Source: Deferribacterales bacterium
Lineage (GTDB): Bacteria > Chrysiogenota > Deferribacteres > Deferribacterales > Geovibrionaceae
Assembly (NCBI GenBank): GCA_050253075.1
Contig: JBFWJS010000001.1
Coordinates: forward strand, 384,001-448,000
DNA: 64,000 nt
Reading direction: 5' to 3'
Shown here: positions 32,687 to 41,938 of the stretch, piece by piece
Numbering within the stretch: the first letter of the stretch is position 1
How the letters are laid out: every line of letters starts with the position of its first letter
Notes under the pieces: generated by a model
Databases searched by the model: none
What the model was told of the DNA's origin: nothing
What the model saw: only the letters and a program-made list of their open reading frames with translations
Translations under genes and position numbers: made by a program

Positions 32687-33593
32687 ATAGTATCGCCCGC
32701 CTGTTCAGAGGCTGGCCTTCCTTTTTATTTTCTGCAGCGGGGAAAGCAGGTCCGAGACCTATGGTCTTTATGCTGTTTTCGCCTATACCCTTATCCAGAA
32801 GGAATTTTTTGAAAAAGTCGGCTCTCTTTACGGAAAGCTGAAAGTTGTCTGAATATTCGGGATTAGGTATTACCTTCACGTCGTCGGTATGTCCTATTAT
32901 AACGTATTCTTTGTCAGATGAAACAGAATCGAGAACAGCCTTCTCTTCGGCCGTGAGCTCCTTTGTGAATTTACCCAGTGCGAAGTATACCGCACCCATA
33001 TTTTTAAGATTTGCGCTGAATATGCCGTTGTCGTCACATCCGCTTCCGTTCTTTTCAAATACTACCACGACGCTGCCGTCTTTGGTTATGTCGTCTATGG
33101 TGAATTCGTCACTTTCAGGGGTAGATGCGTCTCCATCCACGATGACGCTGCCGATCTTTTCACATGCGCCCGGGGTTAGCTTCAGCATGAGGCTGTCGCC
33201 GTTTGCGACATTCACATCACCGTCCGGCATAACTTCGCCTTCGCCTACTTTTGTTATCTTTATAAGGAATGTGGCAGGGTCGGCAGATGCATTTGCATCC
33301 ATTCCCCGCATACTGCCGGATGTCATTGCAGGTGTCTGTTCTTCTATGGAGAGTATCTGCCAGCCGTTTAGGGCTACGTTTTCACGTGCTTCTTCCTCAT
33401 TTTCGGCATAAACACGCAGCTGTGTTGTCACGTTTTTGCCCGGTCTGGTCACTATTACTTTGTATCGGTTTCTTTCGTTGGCGTAGCTATCGCCACCAGA
33501 TAAAGCGATTAAAATCGTTAGGACGCTTAGCAGCTTTAGGAGAGAGGTCACGGTAGTTATTTTCACCCAGTTTGTATTTTTGTGCTGCTTCAT
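32670..33593 (-). CDS. Exported OmpA/MotB-like peptidoglycan-binding protein with a beta-repeat domain
   Basis: Signal peptide; IGHTDD...NFQLSVKRA...LNRR; AAAGGTGA RBS before ATG 33593. Confidence 0.8.
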   Translation of the reverse strand: MKQHKNTNWVKITTVTSLLKLLSVLTILIALSGGDSYANERNRYKVIVTRPGKNVTTQLRVYAENEEEARENVALNGWQILSIEEQTPAMTSGSMRGMDANASADPATFLIKITKVGEGEVMPDGDVNVANGDSLMLKLTPGACEKIGSVIVDGDASTPESDEFTIDDITKDGSVVVVFEKNGSGCDDNGIFSANLKNMGAVYFALGKFTKELTAEEKAVLDSVSSDKEYVIIGHTDDVKVIPNPEYSDNFQLSVKRADFFKKFLLDKGIGENSIKTIGLGPAFPAAENKKEGQPLNRRAILYERTR

Positions 33594-33807
33594 CAAAATT
33601 GTCACCTTTGATCGTGTCTACGATTATCAGCTCATAGATTACATCGCTTCCACCGTAGTATTTGAGGAAAGAGTTCGGAAGCATTTTCGAGGCGGTCTGG
33701 AATCTTCTCGACTCCGTGACCACCTCGTAAATATATATATCGGCTAATGCTGTTTGAGATATAAGTATAAATGCACTAACTATTGCGAGAGTTCGCCATA
33801 AGTTCAT
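33487..33807 (-). CDS. Small exported hypothetical protein
   Basis: Signal peptide ending ALA; co-oriented and overlapping both neighbours. Confidence 0.6.
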   Translation of the reverse strand: MNLWRTLAIVSAFILISQTALADIYIYEVVTESRRFQTASKMLPNSFLKYYGGSDVIYELIIVDTIKGDNFDEAAQKYKLGENNYRDLSPKAAKRPNDFNRFIWWR

Positions 33808-35863
33808 CTATCTTATCCAGCAATGTCTGCAGGTTAAGCGGTTTAAGCATGAAGGCGTCAATGCCGGCTGCGGATATCTTCTTTCTTTCAGATATCTCAG
33901 AACGTCCTGATATGGCGATGATAGGTTTTTCAAAGCCTTTTTCACGGAGGTTCCTGGCAACTTCATATCCGTCCATCTCAGGCATCATTATGTCTGTGAT
34001 GATGAAGTCCGGATCAACCTTTTCAAAGACCTTTAAGAGGTCCTTACCGCTTGTAACTTCCTTACTCTCTATCCAGCCAGTGGAGGAGAGAAGTCTGTTT
34101 ATTATCTTTCTGTCTGTGGCAGAGTCGTCCACTATCAGCGCTGTTATTTTGTTCATGTTTTTCTTCTCGGTGACTGCGGCGTTCTTCTTCTTACGGAATC
34201 TGCGAGGCATCTTCTGAGCTATTTCCATAACACCGGCAACGTCTATGATGAGTCTTACACGGCCGTCGCCCATGATTGTAGCGCCTGCGATCCCTTCATT
34301 TCCGCTGAGGTAGTCGCCGAGGGATTTGATAACGATCTCTTCCTGTCCGACGAGCTTGTTAACGACAAATCCGAGTCTCTTCTCAGCGAGCCCCACAACA
34401 ACGACGTAGATGTCGTCATCGAGAGATTCCTGAAGCTCGTATATCTCGTCCAGACGGATGAGGGAGAGAACAGAATCTCTCAGCTTAAGAACCTCACGTC
34501 CTTCGAAGCTGTGGATCTCTGTCTCTTTGATGCGTACTGTCTCGATAACCGACACGAGAGGTATCGCAAATATTTCACCGGATATATCAACAAGGAGCGC
34601 CTGGATGATGGCGAGTGTGAGCGGCAGTTTAAGGCGGAAACGTGTTCCCACGCCGAGCTCAGACTCGATGTTGATGATACCGTTAAGTTTTTCAATGTTG
34701 GTTTTAACAACGTCCATGCCCACGCCACGTCCGGAAACGTCGGTGATCTTGGCCGCTGTGGAGAATCCAGGCTTAAATACGAGTCCGTATGCAGCTTCAG
34801 GATCCATGTTCTTCGCTTCGTCTGCTGTGATAACGCCTTTTTCCACGGCTTTCATCTTCAGCACTTCGGCATCCATACCGGCACCGTCGTCTTTGATCTC
34901 TACGACAATGTGGTTACCTTCGTGATAAGCAGAAAGGTTAACAGTACCTTTGTCAGGTTTGCCCTTCTTACGTCTCTTGTCAGGATGCTCTACACCGTGG
35001 TCAACAGAGTTTCTGATCATGTGGATAAGCGGGTCGCCTATCTCTTCCACTACAGATTTATCAAGCTCTGTCTCCTCACCGGAGATGACGAGGTCTACAT
35101 CTTTACCCATATCACGGCAAAGGTCGCGTACCATTCTTGGGAATTTATTGAAGACCTTGCCGATAGGCACCATTCTGGTCTTCATAACGGCGAGCTGGAG
35201 CTCAGTAGTGATAAGTCCTATCTGGGATGTTGTCTCCATGAGCTGCTCGATGAGGAATTCGCCTTCGAATTTCTTTTCGAGGTCGCCGGATATCTGTCCG
35301 ATACGGTTACGGGAGAGAACGAGCTCACCCACGAGGTTCATAAGGGAGTCGAGACGGGAAACATCCACACGGATGGTCTGCTCGATAGACATAGCGGCTT
35401 TTTTGACCTGCTCCACATTCTTTTGCGGAGCGGATGCGCCGCCGCCTGATGAAGGTCTGCCGCCTGAGTCGGGCAGTTTGCCGTCGTTGGCGAGTTTCAG
35501 TCTGTTTATAAGGTCGGTGACATCGGCATTGTTGGTGCCTTCTTTGATGTCGCTGACGATTGTTTTAGTAGAGTCGACAAACTCGAGAAGAATGTCCATG
35601 ATGCCCGGTGTAACGGTGATCTCATTCTTTCTCAGTTTATTAAGGATCTCTTCAGCGTGGTGTGTCACGCTGCTCATTTTATCGAAACCGAGGAAAGAGG
35701 AAGCACCCTTCATGGTGTGTGCGCCTCTGAATATTTTATTAAGAAGGTCGAGGTCGTCCTTGCGTGTTTCGAGCTCCACAAGGTCGTGGTCGAGAGCTTC
35801 GATTATCTCTTCAGTCTCTAAAATAAAATCCTGTACAAGGTCCTGCATATCGTTATTGCTCAT
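33776..35863 (-). CDS. cheA: Chemotaxis kinase CheA with C-terminal receiver and no P2 domain
   Basis: IFRGAHTMKG (P1), IRVD...LMNLVGELV, RNSVDHG, SGRGVGMDVV, CheW-like P5, C-terminal REC. Confidence 0.96.
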   Translation of the reverse strand: MSNNDMQDLVQDFILETEEIIEALDHDLVELETRKDDLDLLNKIFRGAHTMKGASSFLGFDKMSSVTHHAEEILNKLRKNEITVTPGIMDILLEFVDSTKTIVSDIKEGTNNADVTDLINRLKLANDGKLPDSGGRPSSGGGASAPQKNVEQVKKAAMSIEQTIRVDVSRLDSLMNLVGELVLSRNRIGQISGDLEKKFEGEFLIEQLMETTSQIGLITTELQLAVMKTRMVPIGKVFNKFPRMVRDLCRDMGKDVDLVISGEETELDKSVVEEIGDPLIHMIRNSVDHGVEHPDKRRKKGKPDKGTVNLSAYHEGNHIVVEIKDDGAGMDAEVLKMKAVEKGVITADEAKNMDPEAAYGLVFKPGFSTAAKITDVSGRGVGMDVVKTNIEKLNGIINIESELGVGTRFRLKLPLTLAIIQALLVDISGEIFAIPLVSVIETVRIKETEIHSFEGREVLKLRDSVLSLIRLDEIYELQESLDDDIYVVVVGLAEKRLGFVVNKLVGQEEIVIKSLGDYLSGNEGIAGATIMGDGRVRLIIDVAGVMEIAQKMPRRFRKKKNAAVTEKKNMNKITALIVDDSATDRKIINRLLSSTGWIESKEVTSGKDLLKVFEKVDPDFIITDIMMPEMDGYEVARNLREKGFEKPIIAISGRSEISERKKISAAGIDAFMLKPLNLQTLLDKIDELMANSRNS

Positions 35864-35878
35864 GGTCCCCTCCAGACC

Positions 35879-36511
35879 TTATTGTCCGAACTCTTTCATA
35901 AGTTCGTCAACAAGATTCTGATCTTCAAGCAGATCTTTCTTTTTCTTTAATTGGTCGAGAGCTTCAACATCGATCTTATCTTCCTTAACGCCGTACATGA
36001 CGACAAGGTGAGAAAGTCTCTCCTGAAGGTCGTATATTATTTTAACAAGCTTATCTATTTTTTGCTTGGTAATATCTTGAAATTCGAGAGAAGCTATAAT
36101 GTCGAAGGAAGTATCCTGTCCTGACAATGCTTTATCTCTGAGTCTGTCTATGATGCCGCCTGTCTGGCCAAACTTTTTAGCTTCGATATCTTTTTTAAGT
36201 GTCTGTAGATTGTCTTTTATAGCGTCACCGACAAAGTTTATCTGATCGACGCAGGAAAGCACGTTTTCAGATGCTGTTTTAGAGTCGCTGATGATGCTCT
36301 GAAGTGTCTCCTCAAAACCGGGGAGGTCTTCATAGCTGTCTTCGACGGTGTCGTGAACTGTTTGAAGTTTTTCAATAGAATCGCTAAAATATTGGGCGAT
36401 ATGAAATAATTCGTTCTCGGTGTTGACATCAACGCTGACAACGTCATAGTTTCCTTCATTAATGCTTCTGGCTATGTCCAGAAGTTCGTTGATGTCTTTG
36501 TACTCAGACAT
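35879..36511 (-). CDS. cheZ: CheZ-like phosphatase with an N-terminal HAMP-like segment
   Basis: LEFQDITKQ (DxxxQ) and C-terminal QNLVDELMKEFG; lies between cheY and cheA. Confidence 0.8.
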   Translation of the reverse strand: MSEYKDINELLDIARSINEGNYDVVSVDVNTENELFHIAQYFSDSIEKLQTVHDTVEDSYEDLPGFEETLQSIISDSKTASENVLSCVDQINFVGDAIKDNLQTLKKDIEAKKFGQTGGIIDRLRDKALSGQDTSFDIIASLEFQDITKQKIDKLVKIIYDLQERLSHLVVMYGVKEDKIDVEALDQLKKKKDLLEDQNLVDELMKEFGQ

Positions 36512-36513
36512 GG

Positions 36514-36891
36514 TTAAATACCGAGAAGCTTATTCACCTTTTCCTGAAGTGTATCTGGTGTGAAAGGCTTTACAACATAGTTGTTCACACCGCTTCTAAG
36601 AGCTGTAAGGATATCCTCTTTAGCGGCCTCTGTAGTGACCATAAGGATAGGTGTGTCCTTATATTCCTCTTTAGAACGCAGAGTTTTCACAAAGGTGAGC
36701 CCGTCCATCTCAGGCATGTTCCAGTCTGTGATGATCATGTCGACTTCGTTTTTCGCCAGGACATCAAGACCTTCAACACCGTTTGCAGCTTCAAGAACAT
36801 TGGTGAAACCAAGCTTAGTAAGGGTGTTTTTAATGATTCTTCTCATTGTTGAAGAGTCATCGACTGTTATTATAACGTGATCGTGAGCCAT
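36514..36891 (-). CDS. cheY: Chemotaxis response regulator CheY
   Basis: VDDSSTMRRI, TDWNMPEM, VTTE, YVVKPFTP. Confidence 0.95.
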   Translation of the reverse strand: MAHDHVIITVDDSSTMRRIIKNTLTKLGFTNVLEAANGVEGLDVLAKNEVDMIITDWNMPEMDGLTFVKTLRSKEEYKDTPILMVTTEAAKEDILTALRSGVNNYVVKPFTPDTLQEKVNKLLGI

Positions 36892-36923
36892 TTCTGGTCC
36901 TCCACCTTGTTTCTCTTATTTAT

Positions 36924-36952
36924 ATTATTTCCAAAATGATTCGCTGTGTCAA
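36924..36952 (-). promoter_or_regulatory. Possible internal sigma70 promoter for cheY-cheZ-cheA
   Basis: TTGACA-N17-AATAAT on the minus strand; weak -10. Confidence 0.3.
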
Positions 36953-37845
36953 TCTTTTAATTTTTTAATTCTTTCAGCTCGACTGACAATTTCTTTAATC
37001 CTAAAACCAAAATAACCGTCGACGATTACAACCTCGCCTCTGGCTATTACCTTATTGTTTATAACGAGCTCCACAGGCTCATCTGCTGATTCGTCCAGCT
37101 CGATGATATTACCTGAGCCCATAGTTAGTATATCCTTTAAAAACATTTTTGTAGAGCCCATTTTTACACTTACAGGAACATCAATGTCCAAAAGGAGGTC
37201 TAAGTTAGACGGTGCATGACCATCAAACCCGCCACCACCGCTGGATACAGGCATGTCGTCGTCATCATCGGGAAAAGTGAATGCAGCACCAAAATCCGGC
37301 TCATCATCACCCGATCCGAACTGATCCATAAGTTTCAGATCTGTGTATAAACGAAAAGTCGTATTCTGTCCGCCTATCCCGAGAGATGCGTCAACTATCA
37401 TGTATTCCTCTGCCTGAAAGAGCGCAGGGGCATCATTTACCATAACATCGTCTATGCGCAGGGAAATCTTTACACCTGTTTTTTCTTCTAACGGAACGGC
37501 AAGTGCAGCCAGAACCTGAGAAGCAAGTTCCTTCACGGCATCCTTGTCGTCCTCTTCCAGAGAGTCCTTCCCCGGCTCGTCCATCATCATCATGAGGTTC
37601 GTCAGGTATGTTATGTCTATTGTTTTGAAGATGAGACCGACTTCCATGCCGGATTTCTCCTCAGTGGCAAGGATGAGTGTCTGCCCTTCGTATCCTTGTG
37701 CGATATCGTCCGGTGCGCCTTCTGATATATCAGGGAAAGATACCTTTATGTCTTTGTCAAACATGCTGTCCAGCGTAGACTGGAAGATATCTTTTGCGAC
37801 GCCTGTAAAAGTTCCGTGTTTGGCTTCACTCAGCGGGGTTTTCAT
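36949..37845 (-). CDS. fliY: Flagellar switch protein FliY/FliN
   Basis: N-terminal CheC-like region; C-terminal FliMN_C domain (LLLDIDV...GEVVIVDGYFGFRI). Confidence 0.85.
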   Translation of the reverse strand: MKTPLSEAKHGTFTGVAKDIFQSTLDSMFDKDIKVSFPDISEGAPDDIAQGYEGQTLILATEEKSGMEVGLIFKTIDITYLTNLMMMMDEPGKDSLEEDDKDAVKELASQVLAALAVPLEEKTGVKISLRIDDVMVNDAPALFQAEEYMIVDASLGIGGQNTTFRLYTDLKLMDQFGSGDDEPDFGAAFTFPDDDDDMPVSSGGGGFDGHAPSNLDLLLDIDVPVSVKMGSTKMFLKDILTMGSGNIIELDESADEPVELVINNKVIARGEVVIVDGYFGFRIKEIVSRAERIKKLKD

Positions 37846-38836
37846 CTTCTGACTCCGTTATAAATTGTGTGATCTTAACTGCCTTTTTCACCCCGAGAGT
37901 ACCAACCTCGCCGAGGAATTTCATCTTATTATTAAAATGTATTTCGACAGGTCTGTCCTGTTTGGTATTAAACATGATCAGATCGCCGTCTTTAAGGTCC
38001 AGTATATCTTCGATGGTGAGCTTGTTGTGTCCGAGGTAAATGTTAGTAGGTACTTCGGTATCAGCAAGCATATGCATGATCTCGTTCTCTTTCTCTCCGT
38101 CCAGCCCCTTCTTCGCCCCGATGAGCCAGTCGCTGGAGCTGATCTTGCCCAGTACGGGTTCAAGGACAATCGCAGGGATACAAAGGTTCATCATGCCGAG
38201 CACATCGCCGAATTTCACTTCGCATACCACGAGTATGACAACCTCATTCTGGGATACGATCTGGATGATGTGCGGGCTGTTCTCACTGATCTCTTTCTTC
38301 AGCCTGATGTTAGGGATGATCTGTCTCCAGACCTCCTCCAGATCTTTCAGTATCAGTCCGAGAATACCGTCCATGATGTGCTGTTCGAGGGTGGTCAGCT
38401 CTCTTGTCTGAAAGAGCGCTTTCCCTGTGCCTCCCAGCAGTTTATCCACAATGGGGAAAACGAGCGAAGGGTTAATCTCCAGTACGGTGTTACCCTCCAT
38501 CGGTATCATGGATATAATGTTGAAACTGGTCGGGTCGGGGAGAGACATAAGGAATTCCCCGTATGTCATCTGGTCCACGGATGTCAGCGTGATGTCCGTG
38601 ATGGTACGCAGATAATTTGAAAGTGTGGAAGAGAAGTTTCTCGCAAATTTGTCGTGCAGGTTGCGTATAGAACGAAGCTGTTCCTTACTGACACGGTCAG
38701 GTCTGCGGAAGTCATAAACAGATATCTTCTTCGGGACGAAGTCCAACTGTTCGACTTTCTCGTCGGCTATCTCTTCGTCTGTAGAAACTGTAGACAAGAG
38801 GGCGTCAATCTCCTCCTGACTTAGAATATCTGCCAT
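37826..38836 (-). CDS. fliM: Flagellar motor switch protein FliM
   Basis: LSQEEIDALL, YDFRRPDRVSKEQ, LLGGTG. Confidence 0.97.
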   Translation of the reverse strand: MADILSQEEIDALLSTVSTDEEIADEKVEQLDFVPKKISVYDFRRPDRVSKEQLRSIRNLHDKFARNFSSTLSNYLRTITDITLTSVDQMTYGEFLMSLPDPTSFNIISMIPMEGNTVLEINPSLVFPIVDKLLGGTGKALFQTRELTTLEQHIMDGILGLILKDLEEVWRQIIPNIRLKKEISENSPHIIQIVSQNEVVILVVCEVKFGDVLGMMNLCIPAIVLEPVLGKISSSDWLIGAKKGLDGEKENEIMHMLADTEVPTNIYLGHNKLTIEDILDLKDGDLIMFNTKQDRPVEIHFNNKMKFLGEVGTLGVKKAVKITQFITESEDENPAE

Positions 38837-38943
38837 TTTTTACCCTTATGCTTCGTTATATCAAAGCTCATTTGCTAGATGCAAACTTCGCTTTGCTCTG
38901 CCTCGCCTAAGGCTTAAAAACCTTGCGAGACAAACTGTATAAA

Positions 38944-38995
38944 GTCATCCTGAGTGCAACGAAGGATCTGTATCCGACTCTTCGTAATACCTCAA
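38944..38995. repeat. Degenerate second copy of the palindromic element
   Basis: GTCATCCTGAGTGCAACGAAGGATCT left arm with decayed right arm GACTCTTCGTAATACCTCA; lies in the fliM-cheB gap. Confidence 0.55.
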
Positions 38996-39005
38996 AGTCT
39001 ATTAC

Positions 39006-40103
39006 TTACTTAACGTGTGCGACTATGCGCTGATAAATCTCTGTAAGGGGCACGACCTCGTCCTGATATCCTGCGTCTATGACAGCTCTGGGCATGCCGT
39101 AAACTATGCAGGATGGCTCGTCCTGTGCGATAACACTGCCGCCTTTCAGCTTAAGGAGCTGGAGCCCCTTCATGCCGTCTGCGCCCATACCCGTCATGAT
39201 GACACCGAGGGCGTCTTTACCGCATACTTCCGCAACGGAAGCAGCCGTAACGTCTACACTAGGTATGTGCAGCGTGGTGGAAGGCTCTGTGCCGACATCA
39301 GTGTAAAGATGTCCGCCGACCCTCTTTATCTTCATGTGTGTGCCGCCTTTGGCGATGTACACATGATTAGGCTCGAGCTGTTCTTTCCCCTGAGCTTCCA
39401 CAACGGTGAGCTTGCTGAGGGAGTCGAGTCTCTGAGCCAGAGATTTCGTAAAGTTAGGCGGCATGTGCTGTACGATAAGCACGGGTACGCCGAGGTCTGC
39501 GGGTAGCATCGGGATGACCTTCTGCAGAGACTGTGGTCCGCCTGTGGATGTACCTATCACCACCAGCTTCTTCTTAGATGTCACTCTTGGTGCCGGTCTT
39601 GGGATGGTAACGGTAGAAGGAGCTGCCGGAGAAGGCTTGCCCAGAGTATAGCCTGATGTATTCACGGAAGGTCTTGATATTGAAGGTCTTCTGAAAAACA
39701 TCTTCTTCGCACCGAATCCTTTGACCTTAGCAATGAGCTGGTCTTCTATCTTCATAACGCCGAAAGAGGCGAACGATTTATCTTTCGGTATAAAGTCAAC
39801 TGCTCCGAGGTCGAGAGCCTTAAGTGTGGCGTCTGCGCCCTCTGTTGTCAGCGAGCTGACCATTATCACGGGGAGAGGGTTCTCCGCCATGATCTTCTGA
39901 AGGGCTGTGAGCCCGTCCATTTGAGGCATTTCTATGTCTAGTGTCATGACATCAGGTTTAAGGTCTTTAACTTTCTGTACTGCCTCCACCCCGTTCCTGG
40001 CAGTACCGACAATGACAATGTCAGAGTCTTTTTTGACCATATTTTCGATGGCTTTTCTCATGAATGCGGAATCATCCACAACAAGCAGCTTTACTTGAGG
40101 CAT
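39006..40103 (-). CDS. cheB: Chemotaxis methylesterase CheB (REC + esterase)
   Basis: GTSTGGP, QHMP, PSVD, MTGMGADG, YGMP. Confidence 0.97.
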   Translation of the reverse strand: MPQVKLLVVDDSAFMRKAIENMVKKDSDIVIVGTARNGVEAVQKVKDLKPDVMTLDIEMPQMDGLTALQKIMAENPLPVIMVSSLTTEGADATLKALDLGAVDFIPKDKSFASFGVMKIEDQLIAKVKGFGAKKMFFRRPSISRPSVNTSGYTLGKPSPAAPSTVTIPRPAPRVTSKKKLVVIGTSTGGPQSLQKVIPMLPADLGVPVLIVQHMPPNFTKSLAQRLDSLSKLTVVEAQGKEQLEPNHVYIAKGGTHMKIKRVGGHLYTDVGTEPSTTLHIPSVDVTAASVAEVCGKDALGVIMTGMGADGMKGLQLLKLKGGSVIAQDEPSCIVYGMPRAVIDAGYQDEVVPLTEIYQRIVAHVK

Positions 40104-40129
40104 ATATCTGCTCCTGCTTTAATAATCAT

Positions 40130-40867
40130 TTAATACAATTCTTTAAGTTTCTTTTTCAGCTTGTCAGTAGCCGCAGAATGTATTTGTGAAACGCGGGATT
40201 CTGTAATGCCTAGAACCATCGCGATCTCTTTCATGGTGAGTTCTTCGTAGTAGTAGAGTGATATGACGTATTTCTCTTTTTCGCCGAGTGCGTCTATCTC
40301 TTCTCCAAGTTTGCCTATAAGGCGCATTTTCACAGTCTCGTCCTCAGGGGTCAGCCCTGTGCTTTTGATAAAGTCGACGAGGTTTGTATCCCCCTCGGGG
40401 CCGACAGTTTCGTCCAGAGAGAGTATCTTATCGTTTTCCATCAGCTCGAGCAGTCTGTAGACCTCCTGTTCGGAGAAGTCGCTGTTTGCGACGATCTCTT
40501 CCACATTAGGCTTTGCTCCGGCTGTGCGGTAGTGGTTTTCTATGTGGCGTTCGAGCTGTTTCAGCCTTGTACGCACGTTTCTCGGAAGGTAGTCAAGGTT
40601 ACGCAGGGTGTCGAGAATAGCACCCTTTATGCGGCGTTCGCCGAATGTATAGAAGTTAACATTTCTGTCTTTGTCAAACCTCTCTAGAGACTCGATGAGC
40701 CCCAGACAGGCGGAAGAGTAGAGATCGTCCACGTCGACGGTATCGGGCAGAGTGGTACTGATGCGCAGTACCCAAGATTTGATTTTCGGCATGAATTCAA
40801 GGATGATCTGATCCTTCTCTTCCCTGCTGAATCTGTTGCCGGCTGCGGATGATCCGTATCCTGTCAC
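40130..40867 (-). CDS. fliA: Flagellar sigma factor sigma28
   Basis: RIKGAILDTLR.LDYLPR; LYYYEELTMKEIA.VLGITESRVSQIH. Confidence 0.95.
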   Translation of the reverse strand: MTGYGSSAAGNRFSREEKDQIILEFMPKIKSWVLRISTTLPDTVDVDDLYSSACLGLIESLERFDKDRNVNFYTFGERRIKGAILDTLRNLDYLPRNVRTRLKQLERHIENHYRTAGAKPNVEEIVANSDFSEQEVYRLLELMENDKILSLDETVGPEGDTNLVDFIKSTGLTPEDETVKMRLIGKLGEEIDALGEKEKYVISLYYYEELTMKEIAMVLGITESRVSQIHSAATDKLKKKLKELY

Positions 40868-41067
40868 ATTATCTTCCTGTAGTTTATTATAAGTTTATCG
40901 ATCATAAAAAAGAGATTCTTGGCTATTAAATAAATAGCAAAGAACATTATAATATCTCTCGATATATAAGTCAATTTTACATCATAAATGAGGAATTTCA
41001 CTACAAAAGACATCATGAAGACGACTGTTGCAAGCAGTAGTGAAAGCTCTCTGTAGGAAAGGTTCAT
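40864..41067 (-). CDS. Small two-TM membrane protein
   Basis: AGGAG RBS; GTGA stop/start overlap with fliA; two hydrophobic segments. Confidence 0.6.
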   Translation of the reverse strand: MNLSYRELSLLLATVVFMMSFVVKFLIYDVKLTYISRDIIMFFAIYLIAKNLFFMIDKLIINYRKIM

Positions 41068-41089
41068 GGTCAACTCCTCTCTCTACGGC

Positions 41090-41938
41090 TCATTTAAATA
41101 CCCCTTTTATAAGAGAAACAAAGTTCCCTTTGGGCTGCTGGTCTCCCGTGGACTGACCCGTTATCTTTCTGGCTATGGCCAGCAGGTCCTTCACATACGG
41201 GCTGTTGGGCGTCAGGATACACACGGGTTTTTGGGATTTCACTGACTTTATCAGTGCTTTATCTTCTCTCAGATACCCGAGGAAATCCAGCTCGACATTC
41301 AGAAACTTTCTGGCGACATTCTTCATACTTTCGAATATCCCCTTAACGCCCTGAACATCGTCCACCCTGTTCAGCACAAACTGGATGTTTTCTATGCCGT
41401 ACTGAAAGTGAACCACCTTCATAAAGGCATAGGCATCCGTGATGGCTGTAGGCTCGGGCACCGTGAGCACCACGACCAGATCAGCAATGGATGTGAACCG
41501 TATAACATTTTCGGAGATACCCGCACCGGTGTCGAAGAGGATATAGTCGTACTGCGAATCTAGCAGGACGAAGATATCGATCAGCTTCTCGTGCTCTTCC
41601 TCAGAGAGGTTTGCGAGCTCGATAAAACCGCTGGAGGCAGGGATGATGTCCACCCCGTAGTTATCCTTCTTTATGATATCGTTCAGCCCCACCTCACCCG
41701 TCAGATATTTTCTGATGGATGCAGATACGGAGATATTAAGAAGAATATCCACATTTGCCAGCCCGAGGTCAGCGTCAAAAACAAGAACTTTTTTTCCCAG
41801 CTGGGCAAACAGACAGGCAAGGTTTACCGCAAAATTTGTCTTCCCCACTCCGCCTTTTCCTGACGAAACAGAGATATAAGTCGCCTTTCTGTTCTGTTCC
41901 CAAGCCTTTCTGCGCAGGCCGTGAGCCTGATCTGTCAT
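41090..41938 (-). CDS. flhG: MinD-like ATPase FlhG/FleN
   Basis: DQAHGLR, SGKGGVGKT, DADLGLAN, PEPTAITDAY; ATGA overlap with flhF. Confidence 0.94.
   Translation of the reverse strand: MTDQAHGLRRKAWEQNRKATYISVSSGKGGVGKTNFAVNLACLFAQLGKKVLVFDADLGLANVDILLNISVSASIRKYLTGEVGLNDIIKKDNYGVDIIPASSGFIELANLSEEEHEKLIDIFVLLDSQYDYILFDTGAGISENVIRFTSIADLVVVLTVPEPTAITDAYAFMKVVHFQYGIENIQFVLNRVDDVQGVKGIFESMKNVARKFLNVELDFLGYLREDKALIKSVKSQKPVCILTPNSPYVKDLLAIARKITGQSTGDQQPKGNFVSLIKGVFK

Noticed and set aside
38442..38450. Consensus DnaA boxes inside coding regions (fliM here; also gyrA, mscS, cheA)
   Set aside because: Isolated 9-mers within CDSs are expected by chance and are not clustered.
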